Below are positions 1 to 11,640 of a stretch of DNA of 64,000 nucleotides, piece by piece; within the stretch, counting starts at the first letter, position 1; every line of letters starts with the position of its first letter. The notes under the pieces were generated by a model. The model searched no databases. It was not told the DNA's origin and saw only the letters and a list, made by a program, of their open reading frames with translations. A program made the position numbers and the translations under genes. Source of the DNA: Octopus sinensis (taxonomy: Eukaryota). Location of the stretch: contig NC_043026.1 in the NCBI RefSeq assembly GCF_006345805.1, forward strand, positions 4,092,001 through 4,156,000, read 5' to 3'.

Positions 1-445
1 TTCTTTGCAAGCCTAGGACTTATTCTTTGCAAGCCAAGGACTTATTCTTTGCAAGCCTAGAACTTATTCTTTGCAAGCCTAGAACTTATTCTTTGCAAGC
101 CTAGGACTTATTCTTTGCAAGCCTAGAACTTATTATTTGCAAGCCTAGAACTTATTCTTTGCAAGCCAAGGACTTATTTTTTGCAAGCCTAGAACTTATT
201 CTTTGCAAGCCTAGGACTTATTCTTTGCAAGCCTAGGACTTATTCCTTGCAAGCCAAGGACTTAATCTTTGCAAGCCTAGGACTTAATCTTTGCAAGCCT
301 AGGACTTATTTTTGCAAGCCTAGGACTTATTCTTTGCAAGCCTAGGACTTAATCTTTGCAAGCCTAGGACTTAATCTTTGCAAGCCAAGGACTTATTCTT
401 TGCAAGCCTTGGACTTATTCTTTGCAAGCCTAGGACTTATTCTAT
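1..445 (+). repeat. 22-bp minisatellite (about 20 copies) amplified from an internal segment of the major SINE
   Basis: Unit TTCTTTGCAAGCCTAGGACTTA recurs at 1, 23 and onward. It resolves at about 445 into the normal SINE continuation (ttattctatcggtctc...), which also contains ggacttattctttgtaagcctagtactta. Confidence 0.92.
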
Positions 446-906
446 CGGTCTCTTTTTTCCAAACCGCTAAGTTACAGGGATGTAAACATACCAACATCGG
501 TTGTCATGTGATAGTGGAAGGATAAACACAGACACAAAGACACACACACACAGAAACGTGTATATGTGTCTGTATATGATGGGTTTCATCCTGTTTTTGT
601 CTACCAAATCCCCTCACAAGGTTTTGGTCGGCCCAAGACTATAATAATACAAAAACACTCACCCAAGGTATCACGGTACTTATTTTATCGACCCTGAAAG
701 GATGAAAGGCAAAGTGGACCTCGACGTAATTTGAACTCAAAATGTAATGGAGCACCACCTTTAGTCAAGGAAACCGACCCCGGGACTTATTCTTTGTAAG
801 CCCAGTACTTATTCTATCGGTCTGATTTGCCAAACTGCTAAGTTACAGGGGCGTAATCACACCAGCATCGGTTGTCAAGCGATGTTGGGAGGGGGACAAA
901 CACACG

Positions 907-948
<42 letters not shown>

Positions 949-2265
949 AAAACACATAGGATCGACTAGTCATGACTAGCTAGCGCGGATGCGCGAGCAC
1001 GCAAGTGCGCGCACCGGGACACTCTTCTTAAGTATTACCGTAAATACTCCTCAACTGGTACTTACTTCATCGACCCCGGAAAGGATGAATAGCAAAGTCA
1101 ACCCTGGGCGGAATCTGAACTCACAACGTTAAGGCAGACGAACGAAATGCCGCTAAGCATTTCATCCGGCATGCTAACGATCCTGCCAACTCGCCGCCTT
1201 AAACAGATCTATTAACAAAGTTAACATGTGCTTGATTCAATCTATAATTAATTTAAACACAACCCAATATATATTTCTTTACTACCCACAAGGGGCTAAA
1301 CACAGAGGGGACAAATAAGGACAGACAAACGGATTAAGTCGATTACATCAACCCCAGTGCGTAACTGGTATTTTATTTATCGACCCTGAAAGGATGAAAG
1401 ACAAAGTGGACCTCGACGGAATTTGAACTCAAAATGTAATGATGGATGAAATGCCGCCAAGCATTATACCCAGCGTGCTAATGATTCTGCCAGCTCCTAG
1501 CCTAATTTAAACAAATACATTAACCGAAGTAACAACTGTATGAATCTATTTACAATTTGAAAACAACCCCATTATACAGCGCCCAGCCTGGCAAACAACA
1601 ACATTTGCAAAAGCTAAATTCGATATGACATGTTTAGTAGGGGTATTTGGGGGCCAGATTTGAACATATTAACCAAGATAATGAATGTGTGAATCAAACA
1701 GAACACAACCTAATATTTAACAAACTGCAAAGGCCAATAACTACATCTGTAAGAGCTTCCATTATTAAATTCAATATTTTACTCTCTTTTACTTGTTTCA
1801 GTCATTTAACTGCGGCCATGCTGGAGCACCGCCTTTAGTCGAGCAAATCGATCCCGGGACTTATTCTTTGTAAGCCCAGTACTTATTCTATCAGTCTCTT
1901 TTACTTGTTTCAGTCATTTGACTGCGGCCATGCTGGAGCACCGCCTTTAGTCGAGCAAATCGATCCCGGGACTTATTCTATCGGTCTCTTTTGCCGAACC
2001 GCTAAGTGACGGGGACGTAAACACACTAGCATCGGTTGTCAAGCAATGCTAGGGGGACAAACACAGACACAAACATACACACAAATACATGTATATATAT
2101 ACATATATACGACGGGCTTCTTTCAGTTTCCGTCTACCAAATCCACTCACAAGGCATTGGTCGGCCCGAGGCTATAGAAGAAGAGATTTGCCCAAGGTGC
2201 CACGCAGTGGGACTGAACCCGGAACCATGTGGTTGGTAAGCAAGCTACTTACCTGCCTGTAATTA

Positions 2266-2415
2266 CTATATTTTAACAGGTATAAGGAACCCTTTTATGG
2301 TAAAAATTAGGTTAAAAAAAATATGGGAGTTTCTTATAAATGGATAATATTATAATCCCATATAAAACCCTTTTCCCCAAAAATTAGGGGGTTCCTTATG
2401 TATGTTAAAATACAG
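2266..2415. mobile_element. Short Tc1/mariner-like MITE
   Basis: Imperfect terminal inverted repeats ctatattttaaca...aaggaaccc and gggttcctt...tgttaaaatacag, flanked by TA on both sides. Confidence 0.5.
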
Positions 2416-2989
2416 TAATTGAACCCAGCTGTGGGTTGTATATTTGTAGGCGATAAATTCAGTATTTCGTGTGAAGCGGGGCTATTAAGGGTTGAATAGA
2501 AATAGATATAATAACAATTGAGTGAATGAATCGATAATTAAAGCTGTAATTAAACACAACCTAATTAGCAAGGCTAATAACTAATTGAATCTGTCAGTGC
2601 ATCTGTGACAGAAAGAGAACATGTGGTCGAGGGTCTTTTGGAATTAGGAGAGGTATACTCTTTACTTGTTTCAGTCATTTGACTGCGGCCATGCTGGAGC
2701 ACCACCTTTAGACGAGGAAACCGACCCCCAGGACTTATTCTTTGTAAGCCTAGTACTTATTCTATCGGTCTGATTTGCCAAACTGCTAAGTTACAGGGGC
2801 GTAATCACACCAGCATCGGTTGTCAAGCGATGTTGGGAGGGGGGACAAACACACGCACATATATATATATATATATATACAAAAACACATAGGATCGACT
2901 AGTCATGACTAGCTAGCGCGGATGCGCGAGTAAGCAAGTGCGCGCACCCGGACACTCTTCTTAAGTATTACCGTAAATACTCCTCAACT

Positions 2990-3610
2990 TCCTTTGTCTG
3001 TCGTTGTTTGTCCCCTCTGTGTTTAGCCCCTTGTGGGTAGTAAAGAAATAGGTATTTCGTCTATCGTTACGTTCTGAGTTCGAATTCCGCCGAGGTCGAC
3101 TTTGCCTTTCATCCTTTCGGGGTCGATAAATTAAGTACCAGTTACACACTGAGGTCGATGTAATCGACTTAATACCTATGTCTGTCCTTGTTTGTCCCCT
3201 CTGTGTTTAGCCCCATGTGGGTAGTAAAGAAATAGGTATTTCGTCTATCGTTACGTTCTGAGTTCGAATTCCGCCGAGGTCGACTTTGCCTTTCATCTTT
3301 TCGGGGGTCGATGAAGTAAGTACCAGTTACACACTGAGGTCGATGTAATCGACTTAATACCTATGTCTGTCCTTGTTTGTCCCCTCTGTGTTTAGCCCCA
3401 TGTGGGTAGTAAAGAAATAGGTATTTCGTCTATCGTTACGTTCTGAGTTCGAATTCCGCCGAGGTCGACTTTGCCTTTCATCCTTTCGGGGGTCGATGAA
3501 GTAAGTACCAGTTACGTACTGAGGGTCGATGTAATCGACTTAATCCCTTTGTCTGTCGTTGTTTGTCCCCCCTCTGTGTTTAAGCCCCTTGTGGGCAGTA
3601 AAGAAATACA
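2990..3610 (+). repeat. Tandem partial copies (about 180 bp) of SINE family B
   Basis: The block tttgtcccctctgtgtttagcccc...gtcgactttgcctttcatcc...gtaatcgacttaa repeats about 3.5 times head to tail. Confidence 0.85.
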
Positions 3611-3661
3611 TTAAGGGAATTAAGGGACGACAGGTACGTGAAGAACATCACCCAAACTTAC

Positions 3662-3733
3662 CTGTATGAATTCATCAAGACTCTCCTGCAAGGTGTTCCC
3701 AATGGTAGTGTTACGGTAAAGTTGGTAACTCAT
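3662..3733 (-). CDS. GTF2A2: Transcription initiation factor IIA gamma subunit, first coding exon ([24 protein letters not shown])
   Basis: The reverse complement reads ATG AGT TAC CAA CTT TAC CGT AAC ACT ACC ATT GGG AAC ACC TTG CAG GAG AGT CTT GAT GAA TTC ATA CAG, followed by a perfect donor GTAAGT (phase 0). It matches the TFIIA-gamma N-terminus as I recall it (human [24 protein letters not shown]). I found no later exons at 1-3661, so they probably lie left of the window. Confidence 0.95.
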
Positions 3734-3960
3734 ACTGCTTTGGCTGGCTGGCTGCGGTGTTGGTTTGTTTGTTTATTTCCCTTCTTTCTTGGGAAGACAC
3801 GGGGCAAATAATAAATGTGAAACTGTGGAACAGGAAACAAGAGATGCAATATGGAACGGAAGCAAAAGGGAAGGCGAGAACCGGAGGAAGAACTGACCAA
3901 TGGGAAACGGTGTTACAAAACCCGCCGACAAAGCCGAACTGTACTCAACGACAGCCGGGG
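3734..3960 (-). promoter_or_regulatory. Putative GTF2A2 5' UTR / proximal promoter
   Basis: Unique, CpG-containing sequence directly upstream of the ATG, with an ETS-like CGGAAG (about 3857) and a CCAAT (about 3898). A strong minus-strand acceptor (tctcttgtttcctgttccacag, about 3823) means an upstream non-coding exon is also possible. Confidence 0.45.
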
Positions 3961-4679
3961 GGGGGGAGATTCGAAGGGCAGGTAACGCTGGGTTTCTTGA
4001 GATTTTGTTTTTTTGAAGACGAATTACCTCCCTTGTAGAAATTAAAATTTTTTTTTGTTTTAGTGATATCAAGGTCACACCTTGATAGAAGCGGCGAGCT
4101 GGCAGAAACGTTAGCACGCCGGGCGAAATGCTTAGCGGTATTTCGTCTGCCGTTACGTTGTGAGTTCGAATTCCGCCGAGGTCGACTTTGCCTTTCATCC
4201 TTTCGGGCTCGATAAATTAAATACCAGTTACGCACTGAGGTCGATGTAATCGACTTAATACCTATGTCTGTCCTGGTTTGTCCCCTCTGTGTTTAGCCCC
4301 TTGTGGGTAATAAAGAAATAGAAATAGGTATTTCGTCTGCGTTACGTTGTGAGTTCAAATTCCGCCAAGGTCGACTTTGCCTTTCATCCTTTCGGGCTCG
4401 ATAAATTAAATACCAGTTACGCACTGGGTCGATGTAATCGACTTAATACCTATGTCTGTCCTTGTTTGTCCCCTCTGTGTTTAGCCCCTTGAGGGTAGTA
4501 AAGAAATAGGTATAAGAGATTTCAGATTACCTCCCATTCGGATTAAACGCCCCCCACACTCCCGTCTCCCGGTTACTTGAAACCCCTTTCGGTTTACCTG
4601 AAAGTGTATCTTGGGCGCTGGATTTGAAAATTCCTTATCAATGATCTATAGATACTTGTGTATTTTTCTAACCATTTAT

Positions 4680-5095
4680 TTATTTATTTATTTATATATG
4701 TATGTATGTGTGTGTGTGTGTGTGTGTGTGTATGTTTGTATGTATGTATGTACGTGTGTATGTATGTACGTACGTACGTACATACATACACACATACATA
4801 CACACACACATACATACATACACACACATACATACTTACAGACAGCCAGACACATACATACGTACATACATACATACACACACACATATATACATACATA
4901 CACACACATACATGCGTGCATACATACATACACACACACACATACATATACATACATACACACACATACATACGTGCATACATACACACATGTATACATA
5001 CATACATACATACATACATACATACATACCGTATATTTATACGTACACAAATACATACGTACGTACGTACGTACACACATACACTCACATACAGA
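4680..5095. repeat. Compound (TG)n/(TACA)n/(CA)n microsatellite
   Basis: Directly visible low-complexity tract. It produces the overlapping H/T/Y/V/C-rich ORFs in the track. Confidence 0.95.
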
Positions 5096-5453
5096 TAGGT
5101 AACACGCACAGAGAAAAACCCTTCCAAAAGCGATCAGCTGCTGAGACTACAGCAACAAGGAGAAGAATAACAACCATCATAGTCGTCCTTCTACGCTGGA
5201 ACTAAACAACTAAAAAACTACAAGAACGTAAGAAGGAGGAAGAAAGCAACGGATGAAAGAAAATCCATTTGAGTTAACGAGAGCAGACGAAGCGAATTTA
5301 TGTTAATTTAGAAAAAAATAACAAAAAAACACATCGGCGTAGGTGTGAGAAAAGAAGGAATGTGGTGTCTCTTAACCCCTCTTAAAATACGCCCTTTTTT
5401 TTTTCAATTTCCATACAAATATATAGAAATATATATATATATATATATATATA

Positions 5454-6116
5454 CTAGCAGTATCGCCCGGCGTTGCTCGGGTTTGTAAGGGAAATAACTA
5501 TATAAGCATTTTTAGAGAGTTATAGCCAAAAGATGGCAAAAAAAATGCATTAAAAATGGGAAAAAAATGTCTTGGTTTATTTTATATTAGCAGTATCGCC
5601 CGGCGTTGCTCGGGTTTGTAAGGGAAATAACTATACAGCATTTTTAGAGAGTTATAGTTAAAAAGTAGCAAAAAAAATGCATTAAAAATGGGAAAAAAAA
5701 GTCTTGGTTTATTTTATACTAGCAGTATCACCCGGCGTTGCTCGGATTTGTAAGGGAAATAACTATATAAGCATTTTTAGAGAGTTATAGTTAAAAAGTA
5801 GCAAAAAAAATGCATTAAAAATGGAAAAAAAATGATGGTAAATTTTTATTTAAATCGTTGACTCATCGTAGACATTTTTAGAGAGTTACTTCCCTTATAT
5901 AATAGCGAAAAAATGCATTAAAATGGAAAAAATGATGGTAAATTATTTTTTTAATTGTAGACTCATCGTAGACGCGCGCTAATACCCAGAAGGGCTCGAT
6001 ATGAATCACGACTATAAGATACCCGGTTTTGGTTACACTGCACCGCAAAATGTGGGAGTATTTAGGAATCTAAATCGTAGGAGACAGACACACAACTTGA
6101 CTTTTATATATAAAGA
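5454..6116 (-). mobile_element. Non-autonomous Helitron with a triplicated 3' end
   Basis: On the minus strand it starts A|TC (6116) and ends CTAG|T (5454), with the subterminal hairpin cccgagcaacgccggg. The 3' terminal block of about 132 bp recurs at about 5454, 5586 and 5717. Confidence 0.8.
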
Positions 6117-6346
6117 TATATGTATGTATCTCATTTACTGTTTTACTTGTTTCAGTCATTTGACTGCGGCCATGCTGAAGCACTGCCTTTAGTCGAGCAA
6201 ATCGACCCCATGACTTATTCTTTGTAAGCCCAGTACTTATTTTATCGGCACCTTTTTTGCTGAACCGCTAAGTTACGGGGACGCAAACACACCAGCATCG
6301 GTTGTCAATCGATGTTGGGGGGGACAAACACAGACACACAAGCACG

Positions 6347-6384
<38 letters not shown>

Positions 6385-6760
6385 CATATATACGACGGGC
6401 TTCTTTCAGTTTCCATCTACCAAATCCACTCACAAAGCTTTGGTCGGCCCGAGGCTATAGTAGAAGACACTTACCCAAGGTGCCACGAAGTGGGACTGAA
6501 CCCGGAACCATGTGGTTCGTAAGCAAGCTACTTACCACACAGCCACTCCCATATATGTATATTCTCTTCACTCTTTTACTTGTTTCAGTCATTTGACTGC
6601 GGCCTTGCTGGAGCACCAGCGCATTTTGTCGGGCAAACCGACCCCGGGACTTATTCTTTGTAAGCCTAGTGCTTATTCTATCGGGGTCTTTTGCCGAACC
6701 GCTAAGTTACGGGGACGTAAACACACCAGCATCGGTTGTCAAGCGATGTTGGAGGGACAA

Positions 6761-6824
<64 letters not shown>

Positions 6825-6874
6825 CAGGTCACTTGCTAGTGACAAATACATCTCCGTATATATATATACGTATA

Positions 6875-7385
6875 TCTATATATATAAAACTGTAGTTTTG
6901 TGAGTGTGTCCCCTTCGATTTAGATTCCTAACTACTCCCACATTTTGCGGTGCAGTTTAACCAAATTCGGGTATCTTATAGTCGGGATTCTTATCGAGCC
7001 CGTCTGAGTATTAGCGCGCGTCTACGATGAGTCTACGATTTTTAAAATAATTTAACATCATTTTTTATTCCATTTTAATGCATATTTTTTCGTGTGTCGA
7101 TGGCAGCAGAGTTGGCGTCCATGCTCACACCTGCACCTGTGTTGCTTCTCCCCCTTCTTCCCTCCCTCGTGAAGCTGTGGGGAAGGGAGTGTAATGAAAT
7201 CAACGTCGTAAAGCGTTGTCAAGGAGACCAGCGTTCTTTTAGAACAACGACTTCATGGCTTGAAGACACCAAAACAGAAATGGCTAAGAAAGCCCGAATT
7301 GGCATCTATAAGGGAAGTAACTCTCTAAAAATGCTTATATAGTTATTTCCCTTACAAATCCGAGCAACGCCGGGCGATACTGCTA

Positions 7386-7386
<1 letters not shown>
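6875..7386 (+). mobile_element. Non-autonomous Helitron of the same family, carrying an unrelated insert of about 213 bp (7093-7305)
   Basis: A|TCTATATAT start, ...ccgagcaacgccgggcgatactgCTAG|T end. The body is homologous to the reverse complement of 5454-6116, except for the insert. Confidence 0.8.
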
Positions 7387-7419
<33 letters not shown>

Positions 7420-8044
7420 GACGGGCTTCTTCAGTTTCCACTCACAAGGCTTTGGGTCGGCCCGAGGCTATAGTAGAAGAGTAGAAGACACTTGCCCAAG
7501 GTGTCACGCAGTGGGACTGAACCCGGAACCACACGGTTCGTAAGCAAGCTACTTACCACACAGCTACTCCTATATATAGCAGACTGTAACTTGGCTTCCA
7601 TACACACTAAGAGCGTCCAAACTGCACATTGCACCCTTATCACTTACACAATTACTGCCATGTTTGTGTTACTAACCACTGCTGGCAAATAAATCTGTGA
7701 ATATTATTCTCTTCTCTTTGATGTTGTTATGGCATTATCTCATCCCACTTTTCACCATCTACATATAGTGACCCTGGCACAGAACAAGATTCATTATTTC
7801 TACATCAAGTAACTTTTCATCTATATGCTACAATTGGTAACTCCGACGTGACAACTCCATATCCGTACATTACATTTGGGAACCCCCAAACACGCTTGTA
7901 CGTTACAGGACTAAACCCGGAGCCATGTGTAACAGTAAAGTTTTTTGTTGAAGTCGAGGGTCACCAATTGTAGCGGGAGAAATTGATTAGTAAGCCATAA
8001 TATGAAATGTCGGAGTTAGCAGTTGTGACTATAAAAAATTGTTG

Positions 8045-8471
8045 GGCAATCTTTCGTCCCTAGTAGACCTTTCCGCCGATTTCCGTAAAAAATTTTTTTT
8101 ATTTACATATGGGCTTGCGGGAACTTTTGAAGTAATGAGAGCGAAAGAGACTAAGAGAAAGCGATTGTATGACGAGGGAAGTTCTTTTGAAGTTACCGTG
8201 CATGTGAAGCATTGATGTACATGTGTGTATGTGTGTGTGTGTGTTTGATGGGGTGTGGGAGACAGACAGTATGTTGTGTAAGTGAAGTGCTTCTGTTAGT
8301 GTGTGTGAAGAGACAGAGTAATGTGTGAAAGAAAGAGATAACTGAAATTTTTTACTCGGTGTATGTGTATATGTATGTATATTACTTCAAAAGTTCCCGC
8401 AAGCCCATATGTAAAAAAAAATTTATTTTACGGAAATCGACGGAAAGGTCTACTAGAGACGAAAGATCGCC
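8045..8471. mobile_element. MITE with TIRs of about 90 bp and an 8-bp TSD (Merlin-like termini GGC...GCC)
   Basis: TIRs ggcaatctttcgtccctagtagacctttccg... and ...cggaaaggtctactagagacgaaagatcgcc. AATTGTTG lies immediately on both sides (8037-8044 and 8472-8479). The superfamily assignment is an inference. Confidence 0.85.
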
Positions 8472-10489
8472 AATTGTTGTTATAACTGCATACTGTAGGA
8501 TGTGAAAGAAGAACAATGCATGAAGTTTTAAGGAAATATTTATTTACCGTCACGTTACAATACCTTGCCTCGATGGGCAGGTTATGATAAATCCAAAAGC
8601 ATGAAAAGTAAAGTTTGTGTTTGTGTCCTCTTCATTGTTTAGTAGTAATTACAGAGAGAGATAGAATGATGTTGTAAAAGAAAAGAATTAGAGCTAGTGA
8701 GAGTTGTAGGTTGTGGGACGTTGTCTCACAGTTGATGACAGATAATTTCATTTCCCTCGTTGACCATTGTCTTTAGTAGCTGCATTCCTTGTGATCATGA
8801 TTCTAGCAGTCCGGTCCCTAACTAATTGAGTCGTCACGAGCCACCTTGCTCACTTGTTGCCAAGTGACTACTTGGTTGAGTTGTCACCATGTGACTGGAT
8901 TCGTTGAGTCGTCACCGACTGATTTTTACTTGGGGTGTGCTTGCTTTTATAACTATCCAGAAGAATAGATATATCATTGAGAACAAATAGATTTAGTTGG
9001 TGGTCTTGTTATCTCTGTTCTAGCTTTTGGTGAAGTAAAGGAAGTTAGAAAGGGTCAAGTGGTGAAGACATTATTTCAGCCTTGCTAAAGGCATCTGGAA
9101 AATGTAAAACTGCTGTCAGAGAAAAACCATTGTTCCACCGTGGAAAAAGTTCTGTTGAAGTGTTAATTTAAATTTGGCTATGGTGGATCGAATCCACTTC
9201 ATGCCTATAAAATCCTACACATGTGGTTGTAAAATACACAGTTCTTACCACAGAGCCATGCCGTAGAAAATGTCGTCAAAAATACCCACCGTTTTTAAAG
9301 TTAAGAGGAAACACAATCGACTTGTGTGACTTTATCTGAACCTCCGAAAAAGTTTCCACATTAAATTATGATGGCATATTTCCACATGTGTGCCCCGACT
9401 TTGTTGCCTCGTAACTTCTAGAAAAATAGATATTTTTAAATGAAATTTCCAACAAATACGCTTCAGATGGTGTAGATTCTAGTTATATAGGAATATGTGG
9501 TAAAAATTGGGTGGTAAAAATATGTGGGGTGAGAAGTTTCGGAAAATTCACACGAGACGGCTTTCTTTATTCATAGCATCTAGAAAAATGGGTAATTAGA
9601 AAAAAAGTTTGTAAATAACTTTCAGAGTGTGTAGATTATGATTATATCGGAATGGTGGCCTCATACACACACATTCTGACACACGCCATAGATATCTACA
9701 AAACGAAACTTGAAATTTCGAAAAAAATTGTTATGTGTATCAGTCGGTATGTGTTAGTGCTCACTATTTTTCTTTTCACATCAAATACCGATGTAATCGT
9801 ATTTACACAGTCTGAGAAGTATTTGTAGATAATTTCATTAAGAAATACTAGTTTTTCTGAAAGTTATGAGGAAATAAAATCGACTCGTGTGATTTTTTTC
9901 CCAAAAAATACAGAAAAACATTTTTTTCAAAAGTGATTCAGATATAATCGTAATGTGTACTCCATATGAAAGGCATTTGTAGAAAATTACATTAAAAAAT
10001 ACTCGTTTTTCTGAAAGTTATGAGGAAATAAAATCGACTCGTGTGATTTTTTCCAAAACAGAAAAACATGTTTTCACAAGTGATTCCGATATAATTATAA
10101 TGTGTATTCCATATGAAAGGCATTTGTAGAAAATTTCATTGAAAAAGATATCTATTTTTGTGAAAGTTTTGAATAAAAAAAAATTAATTGGGTGGGGTAC
10201 AATTGTGTACGTATGCCCTGTAATTGTTTTTCTTAATAGAAACAAATGTAAACAATTTATGTTCATTGGAAGAAAGAGAGAAAAACATCATCCAAGTGGT
10301 CGCCTTGATTTTGATTTAATATTGTTATATACAGTAAGCTAGATGTGTGAATGGAATTATCGAAGAAGGCGAAGGACTTTGAATGGAAAAAAGATATTTT
10401 AAGAGAGAGAGAAAAAAAGAGTAAATATTAAAAGTTAAACCCAGAAGCAAAAACAATAACAAATTGGAATACGAAACGGCGGCTGCGGA

Positions 10490-10520
10490 GATTCACCTTT
10501 ACACGCCAAAATGGCGGACG
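10490..10520 (+). promoter_or_regulatory. YY1-like motif overlapping the start codon of LysM variant exon 1
   Basis: CCAAAATGGCGG resembles the YY1 consensus often found at housekeeping starts. It is preceded by CpG-containing unique sequence (cggcggctgcgg). Confidence 0.45.
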
Positions 10521-10681
10521 GTATGAGATCTTCGGAACGACAGACTTTGGGACAGTTCGCCAAATCGCAGACCAAGTACGGAACGGCCAGCATACCCGTG
10601 AGATGGAACTCCAATTTCGTAAAACACAAAGTGGTGTCCACAGATTCTTTGGTTGGCATCGCGCTGAAATACGGAGTATCG
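10511..10681 (+). CDS. LYSMD1/2: LYSMD1/2-type LysM protein, first coding exon (variant V1): MADGMRSSERQTLGQFAKSQTKYGTASIPVRWNSNFVKHKVVSTDSLVGIALKYGVS
   Basis: Strong Kozak context (AAAATGG). The 'TKYGTAS' motif precedes the LysM domain as in LYSMD2 (recalled human RSYGSTAS...HRVRAGDTLQGIALKYGVT). It encodes the LysM first half HxVxxxDsLxgIALKYGVS and ends at a phase-0 donor TCG|GTGAGT at 10682. Confidence 0.92.
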
Positions 10682-11149
10682 GTGAGTGGAATATTTTTTT
10701 TTTTTTTTTTTCCACCTTTTATTTTTTTGCAAAGGAACATCTGGGTTGATACAGGTCGTTCTTAGATTTCGGTCGGTGCGACGAGGAAGGAAGAAAACGA
10801 ACCAAGAAGCAGGATATAAACGATATATAGGAACTGTCAGCTTGGACAGAAGCGACGTCTCGTTCTTTGACAGTTCTATATTTGGTCGACTTTGCCTTTC
10901 ATCCATTCCGGGGGTCGATAAATTAAGTACCAGTTACGCACTGGGGGTCGATGTAATCGACTTAATACCTATGTCTGTCCTTGTTTGTCCTCTCTGTGCT
11001 TAGCCCCTTGTGTATACTAAAGAAATAGGTAATTCGTCTGCCGTTACGTTCTGAGTTCAAATCCCGCCGAGGTCGACTTTGCCTTTCATCCTTTCGGGGT
11101 CGATAAATTGGTTAATATAGGGCGTAACAAATATCAGAAAATCAAAAAA

Positions 11150-11640
11150 TAAATGTGTGTAATAGGTGTAAAACAACTTCCTATGAACGAATATGAAAAA
11201 AAAAATTCGCGCACGCGAAAGGGGGGTGGGGGAGAGGCCTCGGAAAATTCACATCGGGAAGTTCCGAAAGCGTCTGAGGAGCTGACCCGGGCACCAAAAC
11301 AAAAAAAAAAATAGTGTAATATGTGTAAAACTACTTGCTCTAAACGAATATGACAAAAAAAAATGCGCTCTCGCGAAAGAGGGGTGGGGGAGAGGCCTCG
11401 GAATATTTATATCGGGAATTTCCGAAAGCGTCTGAACCGGGCACAAAAACAAAAACAAAAACAGCGTAATAGGTGTAAAACAACTTGCTCTAAACGACTA
11501 TCATGAAAAAAATGCGCGCTCGCGAAAGGGGGGTGGGGGAGAGGCTTCGGAAATTTCACATCTTCAGTCCACGGCCTTTAAACTAAGAAAAAATAGTGTA
11601 ATTGGTGTAAAACTACTTGTTCTAAACGAGTATCAAGAAC
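11150..11640 (+). repeat. About 3.3 degenerate units of about 150 bp with G-runs and CpGs
   Basis: aggtgtaaaacaact...cgcgaaagggggtgggggagagg recurs at about 11161, 11316 and 11466, with a partial copy at about 11596. Confidence 0.75.

Noticed and set aside
4611-5205. Overlapping 130-167 aa ORFs rich in H/T/Y/I/V/C (also 33309-34760, 35273-35828, 52952-53299, 62231-62551)
   Set aside because: They are translations of (CA)n, (TA)n and (TACA)n microsatellites, open in many frames on both strands.
7585-8990. Possible solo LTRs (TGTAAC...AATAAA...ACA at about 7585-7762 plus, and about 8497-8990 minus)
   Set aside because: There is no second LTR, no clear TSD and no gag/pol sequence, and the terminal motifs are too short to be diagnostic.
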